Shown here: in pieces, positions 1-11,444 of the stretch
How the letters are laid out: each line of letters opens with the position of its first letter
Numbering within the stretch: the first letter of the stretch is position 1
Assembly: GCF_044704955.1 (NCBI RefSeq)
Contig: NC_091994.1
Location: forward strand, 40,052,001 to 40,116,000
DNA from: Pristiophorus japonicus
Taxonomy: Eukaryota
Direction: 5' to 3'
DNA length: 64,000 nt
Notes under the pieces: model-generated
What the model saw: only the letters and a program-made list of their open reading frames with translations
What the model was told of the DNA's origin: nothing
Databases searched by the model: none
Position numbers and translations under genes: made by a program

Positions 1-1127
1 TCTACAATCTACAGACTTTTAGAAAGTAAGGTTGGCACTCTCTCTAATACTCCTCCACTTATCTTCTTTTGTTCTGCTACCGCTTTTTTTTGCTTTCCTG
101 TCAATTCTGTCCTCCCCTCCTGTCCTGAAGTCATTACCTCCTTCTCGGGAAATAGTTCTACAGGAACCGATTGATACTACGCTCATTGTGAAGCTTGACA
201 GTGAGCGGTGGTCTTCCGATCGTCATTAAGGGTAGGATTTCTGCTTAATTTTCTTCTTCCTAACTCAAGGGCACTGAGGCCAACTCTATCACTGCCTCAA
301 CTGAGATCAGCTAATTTAACACAGAGATGGGAATCAAAACTTGGACCTTTAGAATTTGCATCGCTCACTTACTTATCGGAAATCAATGAACCGGTGGAGG
401 AACTCTGCCCTCCCTCCTTTCACCTTGGTGCTGTCCTGCATTATAATCCTTGGCTCTTTGATTGAGTTTCTCATTAAAACAGTTTTTTATAATCATCCCC
501 TGGGGACTGCTGTGAGAGCTTGAAATTCTTGTTTTTTTTTATAGCATCTACATCAACCAGAATCCTGAAAACTTTTCATATTAATGTGACGAGTTTGGAA
601 ACTTTCCAGCTTTTTAATGTATATGAAAGGTCACTGATGCTCACAAAACTAGATAAATCAAACAAATGGTGTTTTGAGAAAAAGTGTTTGTACAGTAGAT
701 TAATATCAAAACCAAAGCACTAATTTGAGATGTTATTTACGGATCAATTAATGTACAGAGCCATCACTACTCATTTCTAACACACAAAATTCCATTAGCT
801 AAACATTAGGGTAGTGTTTCCACAAGGTTGCACTGATAGTTCCAGCGCAAATTACGTCCAGCGTAAATTGAGTTTCTGTGATCTTTTGCATTGGGTTAAA
901 AAACTTGGCGCTGGAGGCTGAACCCACCCACACAACAGGCCATGGCCACATGATGCATTAATCACCATGGTGAGTTTCCGCTTCTTCTTTTTTCATATGG
1001 TAATAGCAAAGCAAATAAAATATCAATATCTAAGTTGGCTATTCAAGCCAAAGCTTCCGGTGTAACAGTGTGGCTATCTTGTATGCTGCCTGCAAATTTC
1101 TACAAACGACTGCAAGTTGCTTGCAAG

Positions 1128-1591
1128 TGTCAGCTGTGGCTCAGTGGGTAGCACTCTCACCTTTGAGTTCGAAGGTTGTGAATTCAAGTCCCACTCCAGG
1201 GACTTGAACCATGGAAAATCTAGGTTGACACTCCAGTGCAGTACTGTGCGTGTGCTGCACTGTCGGAGGTGCCGTCTTTCAGATGAGACGGTAAACCGAG
1301 GTCCTGTCTGCTCTCTGAAGTAGATGTAAAAGATTCCATAGCACTATTTGGAAGAAGATCAGGTGAGTTATCCCTGGTGTCCAGACCAATATTTACCCCT
1401 CAATCAACATAACAAAAACAGATTATCTGATCATTATCACATCGCTGTTTGTGAGAGCTTACTGTGTGCAAATTGGCTGCCATGTTTCTTACTTTGCAAC
1501 AGTGACTACACTTCAAAAGTACTTCATTGGCAGTAAAGTGCTTTGGGACGTCTGGTGGTTGTGAAAGGTGTTACATAAATCCAAGTCTTTA
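1128..1591 (+). mobile_element. tRNA-derived DeuSINE (SacSINE1/AmnSINE1-like), near full length
   Basis: A-box TGGCTCAGTGGG, B-box-like GAATTCAAGTCC, Deu-type core (cattatcacatcgctgtttgtgagagcttactgtgtgcaaattggctgcc) and L2-like tail; many homologous copies in window. Confidence 0.85.
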
Positions 1592-1671
1592 TTTTTTTTT
1601 CCTCTGAGGGCAGTGTTCAATAATGTTGCTGCAGGGTCTGATTAGGAGCTCCACATTTGCATGATGCAGTA

Positions 1672-2902
1672 CAGCAGGACCTGGGGGTACTTGTGCATGA
1701 AACACAAAAGAATAGTATGCAGGTATAGCAAGTGATCAGGAAGGCCAATGGTATCTTGGCCTTTATTGCAAAGTGGATGGAGTATAAAAGCAGGGAAGTC
1801 TTGCTACAGCTATACAGGGTATTGGTGAGGCCACACCTGGAATACTGCTTGCAGTTTTGGTTTCCATATTTACAAAAGGATATACTTGCTTTGGAAGCAG
1901 TTCAGAGAGGGTTCACTAGGTTGATTCCGGGGATGGTGGGTTGACTTATGAGGAAAGGTTGTGTAGGTTAGGCCTCTACTCATTGGAATTCAGAAGAATG
2001 AGAGGTGGTCTTATCGAAATGTATAAGATTATGAGGGGGCTTGACAGGGTGGATGCAGAAAGGATGTTTCCACTGATGGGGGAGACTAGAACTAGAGGGC
2101 ATGATCTTAGAATAAGGGGCCGCCCATTTAAAACAGAGATGAGGAGTAATTTCTTCTCTCAGAGGGTTGTAAATCTGTGGAATTTGCTGCCTCAGAGAGC
2201 TGTGGAAGCTGGGACATTGAATAAATTTAAGACAGAAATAGACAGTTTCTTAAACGATAAGGGGATAAGGGGTTGTGGGGAGCGGGCGGGGAAGTGGAGC
2301 TGAGTCCATGATCAGATCAGCCATGATCTTATTGAACATAAGAACATAAGAACATAAGAAATAGGAACAGGAGTAGTCCATTCGGCCCCTCGAGCCTGCT
2401 CCGCCATTCAATAAATCTGTGGAATTTGCTTCCACAGCTCTCTGAGGCAGCAAATTCCACAGATTTACAACCCTTTGAGAAATTTCTCCTCATCTCTGTT
2501 TTAAATGAGCGGCCCCTTATTCTAAGATCATACCCTCTAGTTCTAGTCTCCTCCATCAGTGGAAACATCCTCTCTGCATCCACCTTGTCAAGCCCCCTCA
2601 TAATTTTATACGTTTTGATAAGATCATCTCTCAGTCTTCTGAATTCCAATGAGTAGAGGCCCAACCTACTCAACCTTTTCTCATACGTCAAACCCCCATC
2701 CCCAGAATCAACCTAGTGAACCTTCTCTGAACTGCCTCCAAAGCAAGTATATCCTTTCGTAGATATGGAAACCAAAACTGCACGCAATATTCCAGATGTG
2801 GCCTCACCAATACCTAGTATAGCTGTAGCAAGACATTGAATGGTGGAGCAGACTCGAGTGGCCGTTTGGCCTACTCCTGTTCCTATTTCTTATGTTCTTA
2901 TG
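1672..2902 (+). mobile_element. CR1 LINE 3' fragment, interrupted by an inverted CR1 at ~2336-2835
   Basis: ORF2 C-terminus [15 protein letters not shown] / GLYSLEFRRMRG / FFSQRVVNLWN; 3' UTR resumes at 2836 and ends in tcttatgttcttatg. Confidence 0.92.
2336..2835 (-). mobile_element. CR1 LINE 3' fragment nested antisense in another CR1
   Basis: (agaacata)n tail from ~2336, ORF 2329..2691 GLYSLEFRRLRDDL; flanked by ATTGAA on both sides (probable TSD). Confidence 0.9.
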
Positions 2903-3180
2903 CTTTAATCTTCCACCTATGGAGAAGGTGGCAGCATCTACCATGACCGGTTCTGAGGCGGTTGATGGTTGTCCACTGTTTGCGAGGAAGATTTGATCCT
3001 ACAGGTTGTATTCCGGGGTCCTCTATAAGGAATCCATTCCATATGTCGCAGTTCTTCCAAGCATTTCGCCATCGGTCATGAAGGCTGAGGGAGCGCTGAA
3101 GGGCTTTGGCAACGGTCCAAAATAGCCTTCTAGATTTGAGACCAGTTGGTGGTAGGTTGTTGAAACCGGCCTGGATTAGC
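2903..3180 (-). mobile_element. Vingi/Ingi-like non-LTR retrotransposon C-terminal fragment
   Basis: LKSRRLFW...LPRKQWTTINRLRTGHGRCCHLLHRW, the motif that precedes the zinc knuckle in Ingi/Vingi ORFs. Confidence 0.65.
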
Positions 3181-3654
3181 ATGTCTTTGCTGATGTAGTG
3201 GTTGTATTCCACTAATTGCACTCATTTGCCATTTGCAGGCCTTCGAGGAGGCTGATAATTAAGTTGTTTTTTGGGGCGCAAGGACACCATTGATCTGTAT
3301 TAATCAAACTGTACCAAGTTACTACTCTTAAATATTTTTTAAAGCAAAGCAGTTTTTTCAAATGACATCCCAAAACTCTGTTTATGTTTTGTGACATGCA
3401 AATTAGTTTGAGTGAAAACTTGGGGAAAGAAAACTACTTCTCAAAACTAGCGCAATTTTGAGCACATTTTGCGCCCGGATCGCTGATTGAGCCCAAAGCG
3501 AGATTCTACCCCGATATTATGTTGGCAGGAATATTGGAGTAGAGTTTCTGTTTTGGGGGCAATCCGCTGACCTTCCATCCAGATAAAGCTGGAAGATTTT
3601 CAAACATGTCACATTAAAATGAACAGTTTGCAGGATTTTGGCTGCTATAAATGC

Positions 3655-3788
3655 TTGTCAGCTGTGGCTCAGTAGGCAGCACTCCCACCTCTATATCAGG
3701 AGGTTGTGGATTCAAATCCCACTCCAGAGATTAGTACAGTACTGAAGGAATGCTGCAGTGTTGGAGGTGCTGTTTTCGGATGAGATGT
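3655..3788 (+). mobile_element. DeuSINE 5' part, split by the ERV insertion
   Basis: A/B boxes then ...ttttcggatgagatgt; the SINE continues at 14771 with acattaaaccaaggccc. Confidence 0.88.
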
Positions 3789-4814
3789 TGTAAGGGTTTC
3801 TCAATTCCTAGTTCCCGGTTACACGATTCTTTGACGTCAGGATTTATAAGAACAAAATTACATACGGGACAGGGTTTTTGGCTCAACCAAGATTTGTTTG
3901 TTTTACTGAACATTCACACACAATTACCTCCCCTGTATAAATCACTACGATCTATGTGGGACTAACAAACCCCAGAATACAAACCCCTACCAAAAGGTCA
4001 TTTACATTGGCACAACTCGACACGGTTAAACCCGTTGGTGATTTGACTGTTACACATAAAGTTACCCAGACTCAATCACAAAACCTTTGTATGATTTGGC
4101 TGGAACAAACATACAATCACCAATTCCTCGGTTGTCTTCTGAGGTTGACTGTAGGGTCTTTTCTTGGTGGCAGCTTGTGTCCCGAAGACTGTCTGGCTTC
4201 TGTAGCTGTTCCTGTGCTGCTTCCTGTACTGCTGTGCCTTGCCTTCGAAAATGGGTCTTCTTTATACCAAAAACCAACTTGCAATCTTGGAACAGATTTA
4301 ACACGATGGTAGCATCAAATGTGAACTCTTGATGACTAATTGTCCCTCATTTAGAGTCATTGTCCATGATTACTTAGGCCACCGCCTGTCTGTAGAGTGA
4401 GGTCCTTTATAAAGTAACCTTTCCAAGGTGACTTAATTGTTGGTTTCTAGTAGCATTCAGATTCAAATGGTTCAGGGTCTGGTGCATTGTCTAGGCCCAC
4501 ACTGATATCAGCCTTTCTGCAGCCATGGTCCAAGGTACGTTTTTTTTTATAATGTAACCCCTTAAGGTAAATGAATATGTGAATGTTCCGGTATCTTTTC
4601 AGACAGAAAACCATTGAAGGTGTGAATGTCTCTTTTCTGGTGCCATTGTCCAGTGATTTAGATCAATGGCAGATATCCTGTATCATTGTTTCTCATGATG
4701 TCTGATGGTTGGGCCGCAATGTATGAATGCCTTCCCTGCCCAACTCTTTCTGCGGGCTGTGTTGTTATATGTAATAGTCCAATATTTACCGTTGTCGGGG
4801 GAATGGATCCTACA
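3789..4814 (-). repeat. ERV 3' LTR (1026 bp)
   Basis: Direct repeat of 13731-14770; minus-strand TATAAA near 4261-4266 and AGTAAA near 3902-3907. Confidence 0.95.
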
Positions 4815-4828
4815 TCTCCCCCCTTTAA
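4815..4828 (-). promoter_or_regulatory. ERV polypurine tract
   Basis: Minus strand AAAGGGGGGAGA directly abuts the LTR start TGTAGGATCC. Confidence 0.85.
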
Positions 4829-4954
4829 TATCTCTTACATTAGAGATATTCCTCTCATCCATTCTTCTGCCGTGGTGAGTGAATTGTCGGTCCCAGTCAA
4901 ATCTCACTCCTTTTGCACAGTCTATACATTTGATTTTATAATCCCAAATCCCCT

Positions 4955-5660
4955 TTATACACTCTTTTCTGTTTTTCTCTTTTTAACCCTTCGTTTCATT
5001 TTACACGACAACCCGAACAGATACAACACGATAATTAATTGAACACTTATCAATACATGTGAGACAATTCAAATCCAGTGAGGAATTTCAATATTAAACC
5101 CAATGTTTAATAACCAAGCACTGTACATAACACACACATCATTCTTTTAGGTGAATAGTCATTACTTGCTCTTCCCGTAATTCCCGCCCCTCAATCTCCC
5201 TCCCCTAGTATCTTCTTTAGCTGACCTGCATTTGTAGCTGAGCATCATCTATACTACTGACCAGTGACGTCCCCGTATTAAACACTGTGGCCGCGTCATT
5301 AATCAATCCCCTCTTCCATCTCCCCAAACCGGTGTGACTGTTGTCAGCTCGTTTATACAAATCTTTCCGACTTTCATCCCCATAGTTCAGTTCGTAAAAT
5401 TGTCGAAACATTTCTTTTAACAGTTTCTCGTAGAAATTTTCTGTTTAAGCCGGACACCACCGGGGTAGCCGTATCTTTGTTAAATGAAGGATGACAGATG
5501 CTACCTCGTAATGCATGTCATGGTACAACACTTTCCCGGTTGGAATCAGCACCAACCCATTCCTAGGTCCGGGTGTCTTTATGGGGCAGTTAACCTCTAT
5601 ATCCCGTGTCTTTGAGGCTGATGGTAGGGGCTTCCTTTTATGTGCTACTCACTTGGTGTT
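4955..5660 (-). pseudogene. env: ERV env remnant: furin site, fusion peptide, large deletion, TM anchor and basic tail
   Basis: TPGPRNGLVLIPTGKVLY...RWKR/GLINDAATVFNTGTSLVSSIDD (RWKR at 5310-5321); then IVSHVLISVQLIIVLYLFGLSC-KMKRRVKKRK* at ~4955-5070. Confidence 0.75.
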
Positions 5661-5919
5661 TGGAGTGTTGTGCATTGCTCTGGTCCATTAAATGTATGAT
5701 AAGTACAATGGTGCACCACAGAGGGCGCTGTGGTGGGAGACCTGAAAGTACCTGCACGAGGCAATATAAAAGGCTGCCCACCACACCTGTGGAGCACTCT
5801 GGAGCTGTTCAATAAAGGACTAAGTTCACAGCAGTGAGATCAACACCAGACCGTGTGGAGTCAGTGATTTCTACATACACCACATTGGCGACAAGGAAGC
5901 GGACGGATTCCACGCAACC

Positions 5920-7153
5920 ATGGCTACTCTGGGCTCGCTAAAGGATTTTACCATGGGCAATGATTGGGAGGCCTTTACGGAAAGGCTCGAGTACTACTTC
6001 ACAGCAAACGACCTGACGGGGAGCACGGATGCAATGAGAGAGAAGTGTAAGGCGATATTGCTTTCCAGTTGTGGCGATGAGGTTTACTGTCTTGTCAGGG
6101 ATTTGCTGGCACCCGCGAGCTCCAGGGACAAGTCATATGAGGAGCTGGTCGCACTCATTCGTGATCAGTTGAAACCGAAGGAGAGCATCCTCTCGGCCAG
6201 AAAATGTTTTACCATCACTGCAGACCCGAGGGCCAGGATGTTACCAAATAAGCCGCGGACCTCAGGAGACTCGTGGCGCCGTGTGATTTTAGCGCACACC
6301 TTGACGAGGCGTTGTGGGACATTTTCGTTATGGAGGTTGGCCACGAGGGATTCCTTCACAAGCTGCTAGCCACGGAACTCACAGTCACTATGACAAAGGC
6401 CATCACTATCAGCCGGGCATATATGACCTTGACTTGCAGCATCAAGCAAATGATCCACACAGTCTCAAACCCAGCAGGCACTGTCCACAGGATAGCAGCT
6501 ACCATGGACAAAACTGCAGAACGTGGCTCTGCCCAGGGCAGAGAGCATGGACCTCGGGGTCCTGGAACTCAGTGTCCGCTGAGGGGGTCCAATCAAGCAG
6601 CGTCAGCCATCGGGCTCACCGGTGCAGGTTTGCGGAATATACGTGCAATACTTGCCACCTGAAAGCGTATGTGTAAAAGAAATCGGACTCACCATGTGGC
6701 TGAGGAGATGGGGGTGATCCACTGTTCAGTGAGGAGCAGGCAGAAGAAGATGAGGGGTTGGGACGGTCTACATGCACCGACGATTCGCCCCCAGTAATAA
6801 TGGAAGTAAAAATTGACAGAGTCCCAGTGAGTATGGCAGTGGATACAGGATCGGGTCCGTCGTTGATGAGTCAGAGAACTTTTGAGAAACTGTGGGGTAC
6901 CCCGGCTGCACGACCCAAGCTGGTCCTGGTCACGGCGAAGCTGTGTACCTACACCAAGGAACTGATACCTGTTCTCGGCAGAGCGGATGTGCAGGTATCT
7001 CACGGGGGCGAGACGCACGGTTTACCCTTATGGGTCATTGCAGGCGATGGGCCGATGCTCCTCGGCAGAAGATGGATGGGAAAGGTCCGTGCGAGCTGGG
7101 AAGACTTCTTCACTCTCCCACAGACTGCTGCTCCCCGGGTTTCCAAAGGGTAG
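5920..7153 (+). pseudogene. Gypsy gag and aspartic protease, frameshifted
   Basis: MATLGSLKDF...DWEAFTERLEYYFTAND; Cys/His knuckle remnants; VSMAVDTGSGPSLM ... GDGPMLLGRRWM. Confidence 0.88.
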
Positions 7154-7613
7154 CGCCGACCGAGCTGGAGCTGCAGCAGCAGCCCAGAACTCCTGGCCCC
7201 AAGCAATCCTGCAGCCTCAGCCTCCACAGACGAGCAGACCCTGGAAGAACAGGTTTGCAGGTCAGCCTCCACAGATGAGCAGACCCTGGAAGAACAAAGT
7301 TACAGCTGCGGGCCTACTGCTGGCGTGCGGGCTGGCGGGGCGTTGCGGGCAAGAAGCAGGAGGCCCATCGATGGCCGGCGGATCCGGGGGACCCACGTAG
7401 CGGAACAGTCGGGCGGCGGCAGCGGCCGCGATGGTGGCGGCCACGGCGGCCGCAGGAGAGGTGGCCGCGGTGGGAGCGGAGGCTCTGGCGGCGGCAGGAG
7501 TGACTCAGAGGGACGTGAGGCAGAGTGGCGGATGCGGCAGCAAGCACGGAGCGACTCACTGTGACTGATCGAGTCCAGGGAGCCACTGCTGCAAGTGGGA
7601 TTGATCGAGGCCG

Positions 7614-7854
7614 TTTTGCTTTTACACTATGTGCAGGTCCAGTCAACTCCCTCCAGTATGCTCTAGCTCGATCTCTGGCAATAACCATGGCAATAGTTGG
7701 TCCAGAACTCATGAATGCTGTTAAACTGAAGAATGGTGAACCTGGATCGGAGAACGATCTCTTCGATTTCCTCCGCGTTGTCGATGGCGACGGGTTTGAT
7801 CAGGGCCAACGTCCTCTCCACGTACACCTCTGCTGCACACTGTGCTTTCTTCAT
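7614..7854 (-). pseudogene. NME5: Captured intronless fragment of host NME5 (nucleoside diphosphate kinase homolog 5)
   Basis: MKKAQCAAEVYVERTLALIKPVAIDNAEEIEEIVLRSRFTILQ joined out of frame to LTAFMSSGPTIAMVIARDRARAYWRELTGPAHSVKAK; collinear with vertebrate NME5 as recalled (YVEKTLAIIKPD...LRSGFTIVQ; LTAYMSSGPLVAMILAR...YWLELLGP). Confidence 0.9.
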
Positions 7855-8596
7855 AACTCATTCACCTCCGCTGGAAATACCGCACCTTTCCTAAAAACAC
7901 TGCAAAATTCCCTTTCCCTCCTTCCTTGTTTCTTCTCCTTTCTAGGCCAGCAGAACACCTAAGATGCCAGCGCCCAACGGAAGCCTCGTGAGAGCCACAA
8001 GATGGCGTCTTAAAAGGGAAATGCTCCCGGGAGTCTTAAAAGGGCCTCACACAACTGCGGTCCCCACATAAAGACTTTTGGACTTTTGTAGGGCTAGAGC
8101 GTGTCTAAGTGTGCCATGTGAATGTAGGATGATGGATTTATGACAAGAAATTATATTTTAATGCTGGGTGGTCACTGTTTAAAATAATGGACATGAATTG
8201 CGAATTACGACAAGAGTTAATATTTCAATGCTGAATGGTCACTGTGTTTAAATTCAGGGCCGTGGATCCATGACTAACATTACCAATGGGCTAATGTGTT
8301 TTTCGATTTATTGGATTCAAGCAATGGCTTTTTGAACTGGGGCGGGGGGGTGGGGGCGCGGCAGTGATGTTGTGTATTGCTCTGGTACATTAAATGTATG
8401 ATAAGTACAATGGTGCACCACAGAGGGCGCTGTGGTGGGAGACCTGAAAGTACCTGCACGAGGCAGTATAAAAGGCTGCACACCACATCTGTGGAGCACA
8501 CTGGAACTGTTCAATAAAGGACTACGGTCACAGCAGTGAGATCAACACCAGACCGTGTGGAGTCAGTGATTTGTGTGCTACATACACCACATGGAG

Positions 8597-9209
8597 GATC
8601 TGGGACCACACACAAATCGAAACTCTGAGTCCAACCTATTCCAGACCCAGAATCTCGGCATTGCCATTTAAAAGTGATGGACACCCATTTCTGGCATTTA
8701 GTTCCGATCCTCCCACACTCACATAAACCCCTTGTTCACCTTGTCCCAACATAATTCCACCCCCCCACCCCCTTGTCCCCACAATCCATCTGTACGAGTC
8801 GTTCCCAAATCGTTCCCAATCCGTGGATTCATTACCCTTTGCCTTGACTGTTTTCCGTAGCCATCACCACCATCCCATGGAGATACTTCCCCAGCATTCT
8901 AGGCACACTCGCCATCCCTCATTCACCAGTACCTTTTTGGTGGTAATATTTAATTTGGGGCAGGGCACTGATGCTTCACAGAATTTGCAGTCAGTGTGAT
9001 TGGAATATTTAGTGGTATTTGACCCCAATCAACCCAGCACTTTCCCTGATGGAAATATGTAGTGATCCTGTGTTCTACCTCCCTGTGTTACAGTGGGCCT
9101 GGCTCCTCCCATACACCTGTAAGCCAACTGACATCTCGATGTTGCCTCACTCCATCTGTCCTGACCTGATCAGGATCACCAACAGGCTCAGTCACAGAGC
9201 GCCTTTCAT
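8597..9209 (-). pseudogene. env: Probable 5' part of ERV env (signal-peptide-like start), heavily disrupted
   Basis: Splice acceptor ending at 9225, then ATG at 9209 reading MKGAL*LSLLVILIRSG; contiguous with the env remnant once the Gypsy insert is removed. Confidence 0.5.
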
Positions 9210-10249
9210 CCATTCCACTCGCCTCTGCAAATAAAATAAAAGAAAAATAGCCCCGCTCTGTGAGAGGTCTTCCCTCCACAGGTCAAATTTAGGTTATATA
9301 CATTTTGTACACGCTGTGATTACTGCAATCACCGCATCCCTTTTTTCTTTCTCTCCTTAAATTTCTGATAAATTTCCCTTCCCGAGTGCTTGAGCAGCAA
9401 CTCATATCAATTTAGCGAAGTCAATTTTAATTTCACAGAACCCTATGTCCAGCCTTTGTGATTTAACCTTAATGGAGTTCACACAGCACTGTCCCATCAA
9501 AGTTCAAGTTCGGTAACACCTTGAGGTCATTTCCATATTAAAGGACCCTCTCGGTATCAGCACTCCTGCTTAAAAGAAAAGGAAAAGAACATCCACTATG
9601 GCTTTCCTGCCAACCCAATGAGTTAATTCATCAATTCTGACCCCCTTTCTGTTACTGAGGGAAACATCCACACAAATTCGAAACTTAACATGTTTTAAAT
9701 GCTCAAAATATTTACATTCAACTCTGCAAAAAGGTGTTGCTTTTTGAAGTCTTGTACAGAGAGCTACCTTCCTTTTTTTTGCACTTTAAAAGTTGCATTA
9801 CATACAAATAAACACCCACATACCCCTTTTAAAAAATCTTTAAACATTCTTCCTGAAAACATCAACGGTTTTTACACAGACATGCTTTCACACACAACAC
9901 ATTTCATGACTTCTCAAACATCCATAGTAGCAAATTCTATATTTTATTTCTCTCAGCATGAAAGTTAGAAGCGTAAATGTCGGTTTCACCTCCTTAGACT
10001 CATAGAAATGTTTTTCTAATTTTTTCATCTCTTAAACAAACAATTTACTGCCATAAACAAAATGCTTCCCTGCCATGCTTCGTATGCCCTTTTGGATCCC
10101 GCAGGGTCCTTCTGTTCACCTTGTTTCACCTTTTTCTGCACCACCTTACTGTCAGCTTTCAAATTTCTAAAACTGTTTTTGCAGCTACTGAGGAGGATTT
10201 GCTTCAAGTCCACATCTCTCAACTCCAGGTGACCCCTCCTCTTCACCTC

Positions 10250-11444
10250 GGTCTATAGCCCTTTCCCCTGCCCTAATCGTCAGCCCTAAGAATTTCACCT
10301 CCTCCTGTCCAATTTGGGCTTCCTTGGGGTTTGCCTTAAACCCTGCCTCCCCCAGTAGCTCATCCAGTAGTGGCCCGTGGTCCTCTGCACTTTCTGAGAA
10401 TAATAGTACGTTGTCCACATACTGGATCAACTGGCTAGGCCGACTAAATGTTTTAAAGCATCAGCCATACACTGATGGAAAATCGAGGGACTGTTATGAA
10501 ACCCTTGTGGGAGGCACGTCCACGTATACTGTTGCCCCTTGAATGTAAAGGCAAATTTATACGGATCCTCCCGTTAGCTATGTCCAATACAGTGATTGTC
10601 TTTGCCTCCGCAGGGATATTCCCTATTAGATCAGCTACTACTGCTACCGTGGGCGCGCATGCTGGAATACCTTTATTTAAAACCCGATAGTCTACCGTGG
10701 CTCTCCATGATTGATCGGGCTTCTTAACTGGCCATAGGGGTGAATTCACGTGGGTCGCTATTGGTCTCAGTATCCCTTGTTCCACCAGGGAGCTCAATGC
10801 AGTTTCCAAGTCCCTCTCTGCCTCCCGGGGAAATCGATACTGTTTCTGAGGTCGCGACATTGGATCCCCGTGTACCTTCACCTCTACCCCCAGTCACCCT
10901 CCCACAGTCATGTCGACAAGTGGCGAACTCTGCGAGATTATTTTTCACATACACCTGATCATTTTCCGAGGTGCTACGGACCAATTGTTCCAGGTCATAA
11001 CTTCCCTTCGGTTTCATAGTCCAGGCGCTACCTTTCACCTTCTCCGCCTTGGGAAAAAGTAAAACTTCCTCAGGTTTATCCGAACCAACTGCCTCCCATA
11101 GACAGATAGTGGGCCAGCATAAAATCAGCTCTAAGGACCCCCAGACCGGGCTGATCCCATTGCATCAGTACACATTCCCACTTAGTGACAAGGGGTCCTA
11201 ACCCTATAGACAACTGTTTTGATACTGCCCCAGCCTGCTCATTCCCTGTGAAACCCACTAACTTAAACAGATTCCTGCTCGCCAATGGAGAAGTGGTCAG
11301 GTTTGCTTAGTGAACCATCATACTGGAAGCTCTGGTGTCGACTTGATACTTTCCCCAAGTGGTCTCTCCCTTGATCTTTACAAAAGGTCTGCCCCACTCA
11401 TTGTAGGTGAGCGGACACAGGTATTCGGACTGGGCACGTCCTAG
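10250..11444 (-). pseudogene. pol: ERV protease and reverse transcriptase remnant (RNase H and integrase absent)
   Basis: GRPFVKI...VDTRASS (DTG-derived); PQKQY...NSPLWPVKKPDQSWRATVDYRVLNK...LDIANG; KFAFTFKGQQYTWTCLPQGFHNSPSIFH; QYVDN; VKFLG. Confidence 0.92.

Larger units (their letters stand above)
5666..8591 (+). mobile_element. Non-autonomous Gypsy (Mag-like) LTR element with gag and protease only, carrying captured DNA; nested in ERV env
   Basis: LTRs 5666-5884 and 8368-8591, 5-bp TSD TGGAG, PBS TGGCGACAAGG (tRNA-Ser GCT-like), G-rich PPT 8338-8367; no RT, RNase H or integrase. Confidence 0.93.

Noticed and set aside
1128-1200. tRNA genes at SINE heads
   Set aside because: A/B boxes run directly into SINE body; no complete cloverleaf
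3956-4332. ORFs repeated at 13897-14273 as a possible duplicated gene
   Set aside because: They recur only because they lie in the two LTRs; no recognisable protein
7614-7854. Genuine NME5 locus
   Set aside because: Intronless, frameshifted, 3'-truncated and enclosed by LTRs with a TSD
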